From the NCBI GenBank assembly GCA_036170915.1, contig JAVHQC010000035.1:256001-320000 (forward strand): a stretch of 64,000 nt of DNA, written 5' to 3'. Positions 38,799 through 48,296 of this stretch are shown here, one piece after another. How positions within the stretch are numbered: the first letter of the stretch is position 1; each line of letters starts with the position of its first letter. The notes beneath the pieces are model-generated. The model ran no database searches. It was not told the origin of the DNA and was given only the letters and a program-made list of their open reading frames with translations. Source of the DNA: Cyanobacteria bacterium auto_48_18 (GTDB taxonomy: Bacteria > Cyanobacteriota > Vampirovibrionia > Obscuribacterales > Obscuribacteraceae). A program made the position numbers and the translations under genes.

Positions 38799-39560
38799 AT
38801 GGCTATTCAGTTAAATGACAGAGACCATCTTATTTTCAAACTAATTGATGAGCATGAGGTCTTACTTGAGAAACATATTTCGTGGTTTATTGCTGGTGAA
38901 GAAAAACCAGTCTTGATTAGAGATCGGCTGCGCAAGCTCTTCTATCTTGATTATTTGCTTTGTCATCGTCATGGCAGCAAATTGCCATGGTGGACAACTC
39001 CCACCAAGCCACTGGTTTACATGCTCTCTCCTTTAACGAGAACCATCGCTGGTGCTCCTGAAGCAGACGACACCATGCTCGATAATGAGTTCCAACGGCA
39101 CCACCTCGAGGTCGCCAATCTGCGCATGCTTTACCTGGTTGCACAAAAAGACGGCCAAATAAGTGCATTTCAGTGGACAACTTGTAAGCAAGCCAAAAAC
39201 GCTGAAACAGGACTTGACGCCAAAGTCGAATTTCGCAATGGCACATCGACAACCAAAGTCGGTCTGGTCAACAATCTCGCCCTTGACCAAGCAAGTATCA
39301 CCAAACTGACTCAATCTCTCGCCACTGAAGAAATCGATTCATTGCTGCTTATCTCTCGTGATGACCTGGCGCAAAAAGCATTGCAACAACTGGTTGCTCA
39401 AGCTGGCGGAGAACTGGCCAAACGGGCATTGTTCTCGACTCACCAGGAGTTATATAGAGACGGCATTGTCGCTACCCGCTGGCAATCAGTAGCCGGCGCT
39501 GCAACGCTTAAGCCAGAAGTTGCATATATAGGAACGATGGCTCAGCCGATTGCCGTATAG
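38799..39560 (+). CDS. Replication-relaxation (Replic_Relax)-like wHTH plus degenerate nuclease-fold protein
   Basis: QLNDRDHLIFKLIDEH...IRDRLRKLFYLDYL...PLVYML...HHLEVANL...GLDAKV follows the Replic_Relax pattern, but the expected acidic ExD motif is missing. Confidence 0.55.
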   Translation: MAIQLNDRDHLIFKLIDEHEVLLEKHISWFIAGEEKPVLIRDRLRKLFYLDYLLCHRHGSKLPWWTTPTKPLVYMLSPLTRTIAGAPEADDTMLDNEFQRHHLEVANLRMLYLVAQKDGQISAFQWTTCKQAKNAETGLDAKVEFRNGTSTTKVGLVNNLALDQASITKLTQSLATEEIDSLLLISRDDLAQKALQQLVAQAGGELAKRALFSTHQELYRDGIVATRWQSVAGAATLKPEVAYIGTMAQPIAV

Positions 39561-39636
39561 CCTATTTATAGATGGCCTGAGATTTAATCTAACGCCAAGA
39601 ACATTAAGCAGGGCTCATTTAAACTGAACAACAAAA

Positions 39637-39723
39637 GCTGTGGGAGAAGGCTAGCATGGGGATGCTGGCCTTCGTGCTTAGGCCTTAGCCTGGCGGCTTC
39701 CAGGCTGAGTGCTTATTGACAGC
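39637..39723 (+). other. Twin GC-rich hairpins in an intergenic leader (candidate structured RNA)
   Basis: GAAGGCTAGCAT/ATGCTGGCCTTC and CTTAGCCTGG/CCAGGCTGAG stems, each with one G-U pair and each ending at or followed by GTGCTTA. Confidence 0.55.
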
Positions 39724-39802
39724 AGAGATGGGGAATACTAGGATTAGATTATTAGTAGCATTTAAGCAAAGCAATAGTTTTGTGCAGGCTGGGGGTTGAA
39801 GC

Positions 39803-41866
39803 ATGACTAAAAATCAGAGAAATCTGATCAAACGCAGGCAACGAGGCAATATGCTCGTCTTTGCCACTGCCATAACGGTCTTTCTTGTGGCCGTTCTAGC
39901 CTTCTTCAGTCTCGGTTATGTGAGACTGCTGGGCAGCAATAGCGAACAACGAAACGCGATTGAAGCGGCGTCGCTAGCAGCTGCTCGAGATTTGAGCATG
40001 ATCGCAGTAGATACCGATGAGTATGGTTGGGTCTCAGTATCCGACGCGGCACCAACAGGCTCGGTAACCACAGCCAATGATGCGTACAACGTGCCAGTCA
40101 GAGGCATTAACAGCATCATCGGTACAATTCGCCTCGACTTAATTATTGCCAATGAGCTGGCCGATGCCAATCTCAAACAAATTATCAAAGCTGATTTAGT
40201 CAAGGCTAAAGCAGCCCAAGCCAAATTAGCTACTGAACTGAAAAAAGCAATTGTGCCAGGCTATATAGCCAAAGACATTAACAATCAAAATATCAACGTA
40301 TACAAAGATGCGGAAGATGCTTATACCGCTAATCAAATTCGCATGACCGGCTCGTCTAACTATGTCAAAAATTCCCTCAAGCTGTCTCTGGGCAGTATCG
40401 CCAATGGTGGTGGCGTCACCAACACTCCGCTGCCCCGCCCCATTTCCAAAGCCAGCGTTCCAAGCGGCGGATCGCAGAATAATTTTTACCGCTCATACTT
40501 CAATCAGACTTTCGACGGAGAAGATTTTGTCTTCGCCGGCATTGGTGATGCCATCAAACTGATTGATGTAAAAAACTGGACCCCCTCTGTAGCCTCACTG
40601 CCATATCAGATGCAGACTGTTGTTAAAGCTGAGGCCGACCAACAAATGAATAATGGTCAAAGTGGACAGACTTATACCATTCATGCCATCGCATGCGCCC
40701 AGCCTGCCAACGTGGCTGATCCAAAACCAGCACCTGGTGCACTAAGCTTCAGCTTCCCAGACGGCATACCACCTGAAATTACAAAGCCCATAGATATGTT
40801 TACCGATGCTCAACTGAACAGTGGTAATAACTGCAATGTGCAAACTTCCAAAAATGGTGACTATCCAATTGGCAAACCCACCACACAAATCGTCGATATT
40901 ACCTGGCCATATCCTTCTCTAGCTGAGAGCACTGGTAATGTCTTCCGTCTAGCCCTGTTCGACTGGTGGAAAAGAGCCGGGACTAAACTGAACATTGATT
41001 CGGCAGTAACGATGATGACCGACCCCAAATACAATTTCAACACTCCGGTGCCGGACAAAATCGATTGGAAAACTCCTGCCAAACTCGGCGACAAAACCAT
41101 CTACAACTTGGGTCCTATCCCCAACGGCAACATCCATATTTATCGAATTGATCCTGCCAGTGGTCAAATCAGCTATCAAGACAAATCACTAGCTCCAGTG
41201 CAATATAGTGTGGCCGGCAACCAACAACTGTATTCAGAGAATATTGACGCTATCACAAAAAGCAAAGTTGGTACTCAGACTGTAGGACCATTCGAGTTTC
41301 CTAATACCGGCTATCTCGTTGATACGGTTTATTTGAAGCCAGTCTATGACGTTTATATACGTGACCAGGTACATCAACCTGGCAAAGCGCTGGGAGGTGA
41401 CCACGCCGGAGAGCCGATGGATTATCCGCTAGTTTCGCAAGCCACCACCGGCAGAGATCTAGGTGGTGCCGGATTTGGTGCAGCTAAGCCACCACCCATT
41501 GACCAAAGGGCCAAGGGTTTGCCTCCAGCAATCACTAACCAGTCAGACTTCGCTGAAACCGCTGGTTTCCCTATGAATTCGAGCTTTTACAATAACTACT
41601 CAGCTGGCCCTGGTGTGAAAAATATGCGGCCTACTTATCAGAAAAACGGTATGGCTGTTGATGTTCGCTTTAGAAGGCAGGTTGATACAGGCACGTTCAA
41701 AGATAGTCTCGGTTTTAGCATAGGCTATGTAGGCGAAAAATATCCGCCTGGCACACCGGCGATGACTGGCATTCCGTATGTGCCACCACCCCCACCTACA
41801 CCACCTGTTCCAGATCCGGCAGCGCCAGCTGATCCAGCAGCGCCACCGGCAACACCGACACCATAA
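39803..41866 (+). CDS. TadG-like (Tad domain) large pseudopilin/adhesin, 687 aa, with a Pro-rich tail
   Basis: Basic leader RRQRG followed by a hydrophobic helix, then QRNAIEAASLAAARDL, matching the Tad/TadG QxAxDAAALAAA motif. Confidence 0.75.
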   Translation: MTKNQRNLIKRRQRGNMLVFATAITVFLVAVLAFFSLGYVRLLGSNSEQRNAIEAASLAAARDLSMIAVDTDEYGWVSVSDAAPTGSVTTANDAYNVPVRGINSIIGTIRLDLIIANELADANLKQIIKADLVKAKAAQAKLATELKKAIVPGYIAKDINNQNINVYKDAEDAYTANQIRMTGSSNYVKNSLKLSLGSIANGGGVTNTPLPRPISKASVPSGGSQNNFYRSYFNQTFDGEDFVFAGIGDAIKLIDVKNWTPSVASLPYQMQTVVKAEADQQMNNGQSGQTYTIHAIACAQPANVADPKPAPGALSFSFPDGIPPEITKPIDMFTDAQLNSGNNCNVQTSKNGDYPIGKPTTQIVDITWPYPSLAESTGNVFRLALFDWWKRAGTKLNIDSAVTMMTDPKYNFNTPVPDKIDWKTPAKLGDKTIYNLGPIPNGNIHIYRIDPASGQISYQDKSLAPVQYSVAGNQQLYSENIDAITKSKVGTQTVGPFEFPNTGYLVDTVYLKPVYDVYIRDQVHQPGKALGGDHAGEPMDYPLVSQATTGRDLGGAGFGAAKPPPIDQRAKGLPPAITNQSDFAETAGFPMNSSFYNNYSAGPGVKNMRPTYQKNGMAVDVRFRRQVDTGTFKDSLGFSIGYVGEKYPPGTPAMTGIPYVPPPPPTPPVPDPAAPADPAAPPATPTP

Positions 41867-41877
41867 CAAGTTCGCCT

Positions 41878-42426
41878 CTAGGGCATTGAAGAGCCACCAG
41901 TCTTATTGACGGGTGGCTTTTCTAATTCTCCACTTAAGTCTTTCTGTACTTCCTGTACTTTTTGTACTTCCTTTACTTCTTGCTCCACAGTTGGTCCGGT
42001 CAAGGCTTTGACAGTTTGAATGCGCAGCATGCGTGAGCCGCCGAGATCACCAACCCATCCAGTCACTGTTACTTTTTCGCCCACGTAAGGCAACAATAAT
42101 TCCTGGCAACCTTTAAACCCTCTGTACTTTGCCGCGATAAATAAAATATTGGTGCCATCTTCCAAAATACCGACACTGACACCACCATGAATGCAATTGA
42201 GTGCGCACGCCCTATGACCAGGTCCGCGGCCCGGGCCCATGGTTTGCGAAGCATAACACCAGGCGTCCACCACTTCACCAGTAATGGTGACAGGCTTAAT
42301 TGTAGCCACCGTTTTAGTCGGCCGATAATGGGGGCGTTTCCATAAATAAACTAATCCTGATGCCAGAATTACAATCACAAGCAGTGAGAGAATTATTCTC
42401 AAATTTCTATCAGAAATTTTCGTCAT
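41878..42426 (-). CDS. Membrane-anchored hypothetical protein with a Cys/His cluster and OB-fold-like region
   Basis: N-terminal TM; ITGEVVDAWCY...GPGHRACALNCIHGG...YVGEKVTVTG. Confidence 0.7.
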   Translation of the reverse strand: MTKISDRNLRIILSLLVIVILASGLVYLWKRPHYRPTKTVATIKPVTITGEVVDAWCYASQTMGPGRGPGHRACALNCIHGGVSVGILEDGTNILFIAAKYRGFKGCQELLLPYVGEKVTVTGWVGDLGGSRMLRIQTVKALTGPTVEQEVKEVQKVQEVQKDLSGELEKPPVNKTGGSSMP

Positions 42427-42440
42427 TTAACTCCCGCACT

Positions 42441-43604
42441 TTATTTAGACTTAGCAGCCATTTTCTTTTCCAAGTCTTTGAGACTGTTAGCAATCTCTCG
42501 ATCTTTTTTCTCTACATCTAAGGCGCTGGCTCGTTTATACGCTGCAAGCGCACCTTTGAAATCTTTGCGATGGCGCTCGAGATCTTGGCCAAGTCGCATA
42601 TGGCCTCGCGCAAACTTTTCATTCAACCTTAAGCCATCCTGATATTGCTTGATGGCCTGCTCACGCATTTCTTTGCGGTCATAAACGTCACCAAGAGCAA
42701 AATGCAATCTTGCTTTGATATCCTTTCCACTGAGGCGATTTTCAGCAGCAGCAATAATGGGGCCAGCGTCAGGGGGGAGCTGGCCAAGCAAATTAGTGCT
42801 GCGAATTTTAGCCGATTCCATTTCTTTACCCGCACCATTGGCAAGCAGGCAGAGAGCCACTTCCAGTGCTTTAGCTTTTTTGCCTCTGGCTGCCAGTGTG
42901 GTGGCATACAATTTATTGCTGGGAAAATTCGCGGGATCGCTGACAAAGTTTTTGTCTAATTCAACTAAGGCTTCATCAACTCTCTTAAGGGCCAGTAGCA
43001 CTTTTGCTTTCTCGTAAATACTAAGTACATTGGGTTTGCTCAATTTTTCAAAGCGCTGAATTTCCAACAAGGCCTGATCTGGTTTTTGCATAGCTGCAAG
43101 AACGTCGGCCATGGCCAGACAAATTTGGGCGTCACCAGGTTTAGCCGCTCTTGCTCGTTGATACATATTGAGCGCCGCTGACAGCTTATTTTGATTATGC
43201 AAAACATAACCGGCCGTAAGCAGCATGCCGTAGTCGTTAGGAAAAAGCCTCAGACCATCAGTAGCCGCTTTTTCGGCTTTTGGATAGTCACTGGAGCGCA
43301 GAGCTAATTGAGCTAGTCTTTTGTAGCCGTCAGGTCGACTGGAGGGAAATGACACTGCCTTTTTGTATTCTTCTTGGGCCTCGCTATAAAATCCGCGTGA
43401 CTCATACAAACGCCCGGCCGCGTAATGAGCCTCATAACTCTTGGGTTGTTTTTTTAAAAGCTCGGCTACTTGAGTCTCAGTAGGAATATCAGGTTTCCCA
43501 CTGCTGGTAGCAGCAGGGCCAGCCAGGGCAGCCGGCCATGAAGAATTTAAACAGACAGCCAAACAAAAAACTGCTTGTCGCCAGATATTTTTTTGATTGA
43601 ACAT
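42441..43604 (-). CDS. Exported TPR protein
   Basis: Signal peptide ending ALA; TPR repeats AHYAAGRLY, LHFALGDVY and GHMRLGQD. Confidence 0.88.
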   Translation of the reverse strand: MFNQKNIWRQAVFCLAVCLNSSWPAALAGPAATSSGKPDIPTETQVAELLKKQPKSYEAHYAAGRLYESRGFYSEAQEEYKKAVSFPSSRPDGYKRLAQLALRSSDYPKAEKAATDGLRLFPNDYGMLLTAGYVLHNQNKLSAALNMYQRARAAKPGDAQICLAMADVLAAMQKPDQALLEIQRFEKLSKPNVLSIYEKAKVLLALKRVDEALVELDKNFVSDPANFPSNKLYATTLAARGKKAKALEVALCLLANGAGKEMESAKIRSTNLLGQLPPDAGPIIAAAENRLSGKDIKARLHFALGDVYDRKEMREQAIKQYQDGLRLNEKFARGHMRLGQDLERHRKDFKGALAAYKRASALDVEKKDREIANSLKDLEKKMAAKSK

Positions 43605-43610
43605 GGTGCC

Positions 43611-44189
43611 CTAACGGTCAGTATAGGAAATAGTTACAGACGTGCGGTCTTTAGCCGAAATCGGCGCAATGACATTGATTGAACAACTGACACCATTTCT
43701 GGTGGCAGAAATTGACGACACGGTTCGACCGGCCACACTACTCATTTCTTTAACGGTCCAACCAGCGCTTTCCAAACTGCGTTTGTACCAGTCAAGCACG
43801 GTAGCCGCCGGGTTTACTGTAGTCAGGCGCAGCATGGTCATGCTTTTGGTGCTGATATATTGACTCTGATAACCAGCAACAAATTTTGCATCAGGCGGCA
43901 ATGGTATCGGCACAGTGTTAGGCCATGTAGTCAAAGGACGATGAACGCTCTCAACCGGTGCAGGTCTGCGCGCGCGTGCTGCCGGCTGACCCGCAGCCTG
44001 AGGCTGCGCATACTGCTGCCGCACTTGCTGCTGGGCTTGTGCTGGTGAATTGCACGTAACTGTACCTATAGCCGCTATAGCCGCTATGGCAACCGCAAGC
44101 ATTGAACAAGTAAGTAAACAACATGACAGCCGTATTTTGAATCTCTCAATCAGACGTGTCTGACCAGAAGAATACATATCAGTCATCAA
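43611..44189 (-). CDS. Exported hypothetical protein
   Basis: Hydrophobic signal ending AQA; WPNTVPIPLPPDA...VLDWYKRSLESAGWTV domain. Confidence 0.7.
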   Translation of the reverse strand: MMTDMYSSGQTRLIERFKIRLSCCLLTCSMLAVAIAAIAAIGTVTCNSPAQAQQQVRQQYAQPQAAGQPAARARRPAPVESVHRPLTTWPNTVPIPLPPDAKFVAGYQSQYISTKSMTMLRLTTVNPAATVLDWYKRSLESAGWTVKEMSSVAGRTVSSISATRNGVSCSINVIAPISAKDRTSVTISYTDR

Positions 44190-44234
44190 TTGTTCCTTTC
44201 GGTTCCGTTCAGTTCAGTAGCAGTATTCGCTGGT

Positions 44235-46511
44235 TTAGCAGGGCCCGGTGGAGTCGCAAGTAGTTGTAGGAGGGCAAGCGCATCCAGGTGGCATGGTTAG
44301 AGTATCACCACCACTGCTGTAATTGATAGCGAAGGCACCAGAACCTGTTGATCCCTCAGGGCAGCAGCTCGTGCTGATAGCACCAAGGTTGATTTGACCA
44401 AGCAAATTGTTCCAGCCGCTGGCAGGTGTGAAAGAGAACCAGTTCATCAAACAAATTTTGCCCGGATAATCATAAGGCTGAGGATAGCCCCAATCTCCGG
44501 CAACGTTGATTTGAGTGAAAGGCATAAGCTCAAATTGCCTGGTTTCGGTTGGTGAACTTGGGCTCTTAGCATCAGGCAATTGCCCGATGAAGTCACTTAA
44601 CCAAGGCGAATCAGCTAATGCAGCAGATTCTGATTTGAGCACAAGGCCGCCTTTGCCGCCATTGGCATTTGCGCTCATGTAAATATAGCCGCGACCTCCC
44701 ATAGGCACCATATTCTGACTGAGAATATAATCAAGAGGACGATTTTCACTGGCGTAGATGCCAGTGTTGGCGTATTTTAGCCACTCCGGATCAATCTGAT
44801 ACATGCGCTGGGTCAAATAATTCCACATTGGACCGTTCAGACTGATACCTTCTGTACTTTTGCTATCAAGGCGAACACCTTGATCGGTAGTGATGCGGAA
44901 ATCAGGAGCACTGAGCACGGGACGAGTTTGTGGCACACGAGCGATACCAGACTGGTAAGTACCAGGGTGGAAATCATAACCTTCAGCCCGCTGAGTGAGC
45001 AATTGCAAGTTGACAATGTCTGCTACGTTGACACTGGCACCGTTGCTGCCTGTAGGAGTAGGAGGCTGAATATTGTAGGCCGCTTCCAGAACAGGACGGG
45101 CCCACAAACTGCGGTTGTCAGACGAGTTGTACGCGTTCATATCTTTATTGATTTTGGCACTTGGAGTATTGAGCGCAATATTGTCTACGCCACTACCACC
45201 GATACCACCAATGTTATTGCAATTTGCTTGCGAAACTCCGCCCAGGCCAAGGCTGTCACCAGCAAGTGCATAGCCAACGCTAAGACCTGAACAATTTGGT
45301 GTTTTACCATCTTTGATATCTTGCACAATCTTGTTGAGGTAATCTTGGCCGTTGGCGGCACCACCTGGTAGCGGCGAATCATTCATACCAACGAAATATG
45401 GCAGCGGCTTGCCGTTGATGTCGGAAGGGTAGGCCTGCGGATTGTTCATGGTGTAGACAAAAACATCAGCACTGTTATTGCCGGCTACACCTGTTGTAGG
45501 CGACGCAGCACCATTTTGAATGCGGATGAAGCCGTGCGGCAAAGCTGCAGCGAAACCGACTGGATCAATGGGTTCAACCAGAGCATATGCATTGAAGCCG
45601 CCGTTATATCCTTGTGTCGATTTAGCCTGGGCCCTCAATGAAAGGGCATTGGGCACTGGCTTTGTCCAGCTAAAGGCATTGGCGCCGACTGAGGCTTTGT
45701 CATTTTGATCAAAAGCCAATTGAGGCACCAGGTGCGGTTTGGCACCAGGCTTGAGAGGAACAAAATAAGTATTGGCAAAATTGGCCGCAGGAGCCATACC
45801 TTCAAGGTAACCCTTCAAATAATTGTGAGGTGTACCGCTCGAGTCAAGATGGGAGTTTACAGGTAAAACCCAGCCACTGACCTTGTCGTTGTAGATTTTG
45901 GAACTTTTAGTGGTGAAGTTATAGTCTGGCATCGCTGAAGCAGAAATGTAGACGTTGGAAGGCTGAGTGCGGTCCATATAAGAGAATGTCGGCGCACCTA
46001 AAGGAGCAATGTCTTCGCTGCCGAATTGTTTAGTCGGATTGAGTTTGGCTATGGAGCTGAAGAAGACCTGCACTGACGATGGCTTGGCCAGCTCATCACT
46101 AAGCGATTTACCTAGTTGCTGAGACACTGTCGTAATTTGGGCGGCGTGAGAGTTGGCACCTTGATCAAGACCATCAGCAGCAATCTTGTGAGCATTGAAA
46201 TTGATGATCAGAGCCTGCGCCATCACCCTGTTGATGTTGCGCAAGTTGATGACACCATGCGCGCCCATTGTGTGATCACTGACACCGTTAAATTGAACTT
46301 GATCGCCAGTGTTGGCCAGTGGCACTGCCACTTTTACCAGTACAGAGCGGGCGAGAGAAAGGTTACCGGCATCGGTAGCACGCTGCATCTGCTGGCCACC
46401 ACCAAGCAAGTTAATCAGCGCAATTGCCGCCACGATAATGACAGTTAGAGCCAGTATAAAAGCTGTTATCAGCACCAATGATGCTGCACGCTGCTTTCTC
46501 TTCCGTTCCAT
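44235..46511 (-). CDS. Second TadG-like large pseudopilin/adhesin, 758 aa, with a Cys-rich C-terminus
   Basis: Basic leader RKRKQRA followed by a hydrophobic helix and QMQRATDAGNLSLAR; ends CC...CAC...C...C. Confidence 0.72.
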   Translation of the reverse strand: MERKRKQRAASLVLITAFILALTVIIVAAIALINLLGGGQQMQRATDAGNLSLARSVLVKVAVPLANTGDQVQFNGVSDHTMGAHGVINLRNINRVMAQALIINFNAHKIAADGLDQGANSHAAQITTVSQQLGKSLSDELAKPSSVQVFFSSIAKLNPTKQFGSEDIAPLGAPTFSYMDRTQPSNVYISASAMPDYNFTTKSSKIYNDKVSGWVLPVNSHLDSSGTPHNYLKGYLEGMAPAANFANTYFVPLKPGAKPHLVPQLAFDQNDKASVGANAFSWTKPVPNALSLRAQAKSTQGYNGGFNAYALVEPIDPVGFAAALPHGFIRIQNGAASPTTGVAGNNSADVFVYTMNNPQAYPSDINGKPLPYFVGMNDSPLPGGAANGQDYLNKIVQDIKDGKTPNCSGLSVGYALAGDSLGLGGVSQANCNNIGGIGGSGVDNIALNTPSAKINKDMNAYNSSDNRSLWARPVLEAAYNIQPPTPTGSNGASVNVADIVNLQLLTQRAEGYDFHPGTYQSGIARVPQTRPVLSAPDFRITTDQGVRLDSKSTEGISLNGPMWNYLTQRMYQIDPEWLKYANTGIYASENRPLDYILSQNMVPMGGRGYIYMSANANGGKGGLVLKSESAALADSPWLSDFIGQLPDAKSPSSPTETRQFELMPFTQINVAGDWGYPQPYDYPGKICLMNWFSFTPASGWNNLLGQINLGAISTSCCPEGSTGSGAFAINYSSGGDTLTMPPGCACPPTTTCDSTGPC

Positions 46512-46836
46512 CTTAAGGACCTCGCCTTTGGTTTAACCGTAAGCACCACTTATATGGATGCAAGTTAGTAATTCTTCCCAAGCCGTAACAGCCTGAGTTT
46601 ATACTGTTTGTTCAACACTCAAACGGCACAGAGAAGCTGAAGAGCGCGTTTGGCCTGATTATTATAGCAGTTTAATAATCTTTGACAAGAAAAATTTGCT
46701 TCATCTAGCCAGTTTTATGGTAAGAGCCCCACGTAAGACGGGCAACTATAGGCGATCGAGACAATAAAACGTTGCACGGTAGCCAGATAGGGGCATAATC
46801 TATCGTAGTAAGTTTAGTGACGGATTAGATCGACTT

Positions 46837-47358
46837 ATGAAACGTTCGCCCAGGCAAACCCGTTCGAGACACCACAGAGGAAGCGTAATTGCCGAATTCG
46901 GTCCGGCAATTTTCATTTTTGTTATGGTGGTTTTTTTCCCATTTCTGAACATGATTGGAATGGCCATCTCTTATGCTGATTGTCTCTACTTAAATACTTT
47001 GCTATTGCGTCAGGCAGCGTTAGAAAATGTGCTCGTGTTAGATAACAGCACCAACCCTGCATCACTTCAAACAGATCTAACATGTAGTACAGATGCTAAT
47101 GGCGCCTTGAATATGATCATCAAAAATTGGCAGCAAATGGGATTAGGTCAATTTGCCAGCACAAGCTCTATGCCCAAACAAACTTGCTATATTGATTTGA
47201 CGGAAGGCACACCCAAGGTCAAATTTATTCACCTAGATTTACTAGTTCAGTGCAAACCGTTTTTGCAAATACCATTTTTCCTTCAAGTGCCCGGCATCAA
47301 TCAACCCGTCACTTTTAAATTTAGTGGGCGATCGGTAATCGAAAACATACCCAGTTAA
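46837..47358 (+). CDS. TadE-like pseudopilin
   Basis: Prepilin motif RG|SVIAEF (Glu at +5) followed by a hydrophobic helix and LLRQAA. Confidence 0.75.
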   Translation: MKRSPRQTRSRHHRGSVIAEFGPAIFIFVMVVFFPFLNMIGMAISYADCLYLNTLLLRQAALENVLVLDNSTNPASLQTDLTCSTDANGALNMIIKNWQQMGLGQFASTSSMPKQTCYIDLTEGTPKVKFIHLDLLVQCKPFLQIPFFLQVPGINQPVTFKFSGRSVIENIPS

Positions 47359-47375
47359 AATAGCCAGGTGCACCA

Positions 47376-47819
47376 GTGACGGATCGTATTTTCTTGAAGA
47401 GAGGTTCAACTAGGCGGCCTACCGGCCAAAATCTGGTGGAAATTTTAGTGGGCTCCATTGTACTGGTGCCCATTGTGCTGGCCATCATCGACCTCGCTGT
47501 GGTGGTTATCGGCGGTGATATCTGCAATGATCTGGCTAAACAAGCCGCCCGTGCCGCCGCCAATTCTTCTAGCCTGGCTGAAGCAACTGCAGCTGTGGCT
47601 GACGTAGAAGCCAACTTTACTAAATCACCCACCTATCAGGGTCTGGTGCTGAAACTAGATAAATATGACGGCACTGCAGACGGACTTGCCAGTGTGCAAT
47701 GCAGTGTAGTTATCGTCATGCCTGTACCTGTGCCGTTTTTAAATGTCGGCCCGACAATGAACGTAAAAACTCAGGCTTCTGAGCCTATTGTTGGTATTGC
47801 ACCACCGCGCCCAACCTGA
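47376..47819 (+). CDS. TadE-like pseudopilin
   Basis: TG|QNLVEI (Glu at +5), hydrophobic helix, IIDL...LAKQAARAAA. Confidence 0.8.
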   Translation: MTDRIFLKRGSTRRPTGQNLVEILVGSIVLVPIVLAIIDLAVVVIGGDICNDLAKQAARAAANSSSLAEATAAVADVEANFTKSPTYQGLVLKLDKYDGTADGLASVQCSVVIVMPVPVPFLNVGPTMNVKTQASEPIVGIAPPRPT

Positions 47820-47833
47820 CTTGACCCGCCAGT

Positions 47834-48286
47834 TTACTTGGGCAAAATCGACACGCCGGTGACCAATAACATGATCATTTTGGCATTGAATGCCAAATAG
47901 GTGCCCAACAAAAATGATCCTAGTATCAGCTGCCAGGCTAATACAGCCTGCCTTGGCTTGAGCGTGCGTAAAACGCCGAAGCGCACGGCAATAAAAAACA
48001 ACAAAATTACCAGCATCAAACCGTCGGCAAGAATAGTGCAAAGCTCCCTCTGTTGGGGCATCAGTTGAGCTGCCACCACAATCAATAGTGCCACCACAAG
48101 CAGTATCTGAGTGACCTTGTCGCTCTTGCGCAATTTGATAAAACCGGTTTCGGCGTGCGCACTCTGCAAATATTTGACGGAAGAAAAAAGACCTTCAACG
48201 ACGTTGTCGCGGTTCTGGTGATTCTCTAGATTTCCCGACTCTGATTCCGCTTTTCGAATAGCGCTAAGGTCATCATCATCAGCCAT
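47834..48286 (-). CDS. Small membrane protein with 3 TM helices
   Basis: ATG at 48286 with GGGAGA RBS; three hydrophobic segments. Confidence 0.7.
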   Translation of the reverse strand: MADDDDLSAIRKAESESGNLENHQNRDNVVEGLFSSVKYLQSAHAETGFIKLRKSDKVTQILLVVALLIVVAAQLMPQQRELCTILADGLMLVILLFFIAVRFGVLRTLKPRQAVLAWQLILGSFLLGTYLAFNAKMIMLLVTGVSILPK

Positions 48287-48296
48287 TAATCTCTCC

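Noticed and set aside
41940..41985. 9-bp periodic repeat
   Set aside because: Encodes EVKEVQKVQEVQK within the CDS; ordinary coding microrepeat.
46822..46832. GGATTAGAT(CG) shared with 30653-30663 (minus strand) and 39741-39749
   Set aside because: Short motif at inconsistent distances from start codons, overlapping a probable RBS here; could easily arise by chance.
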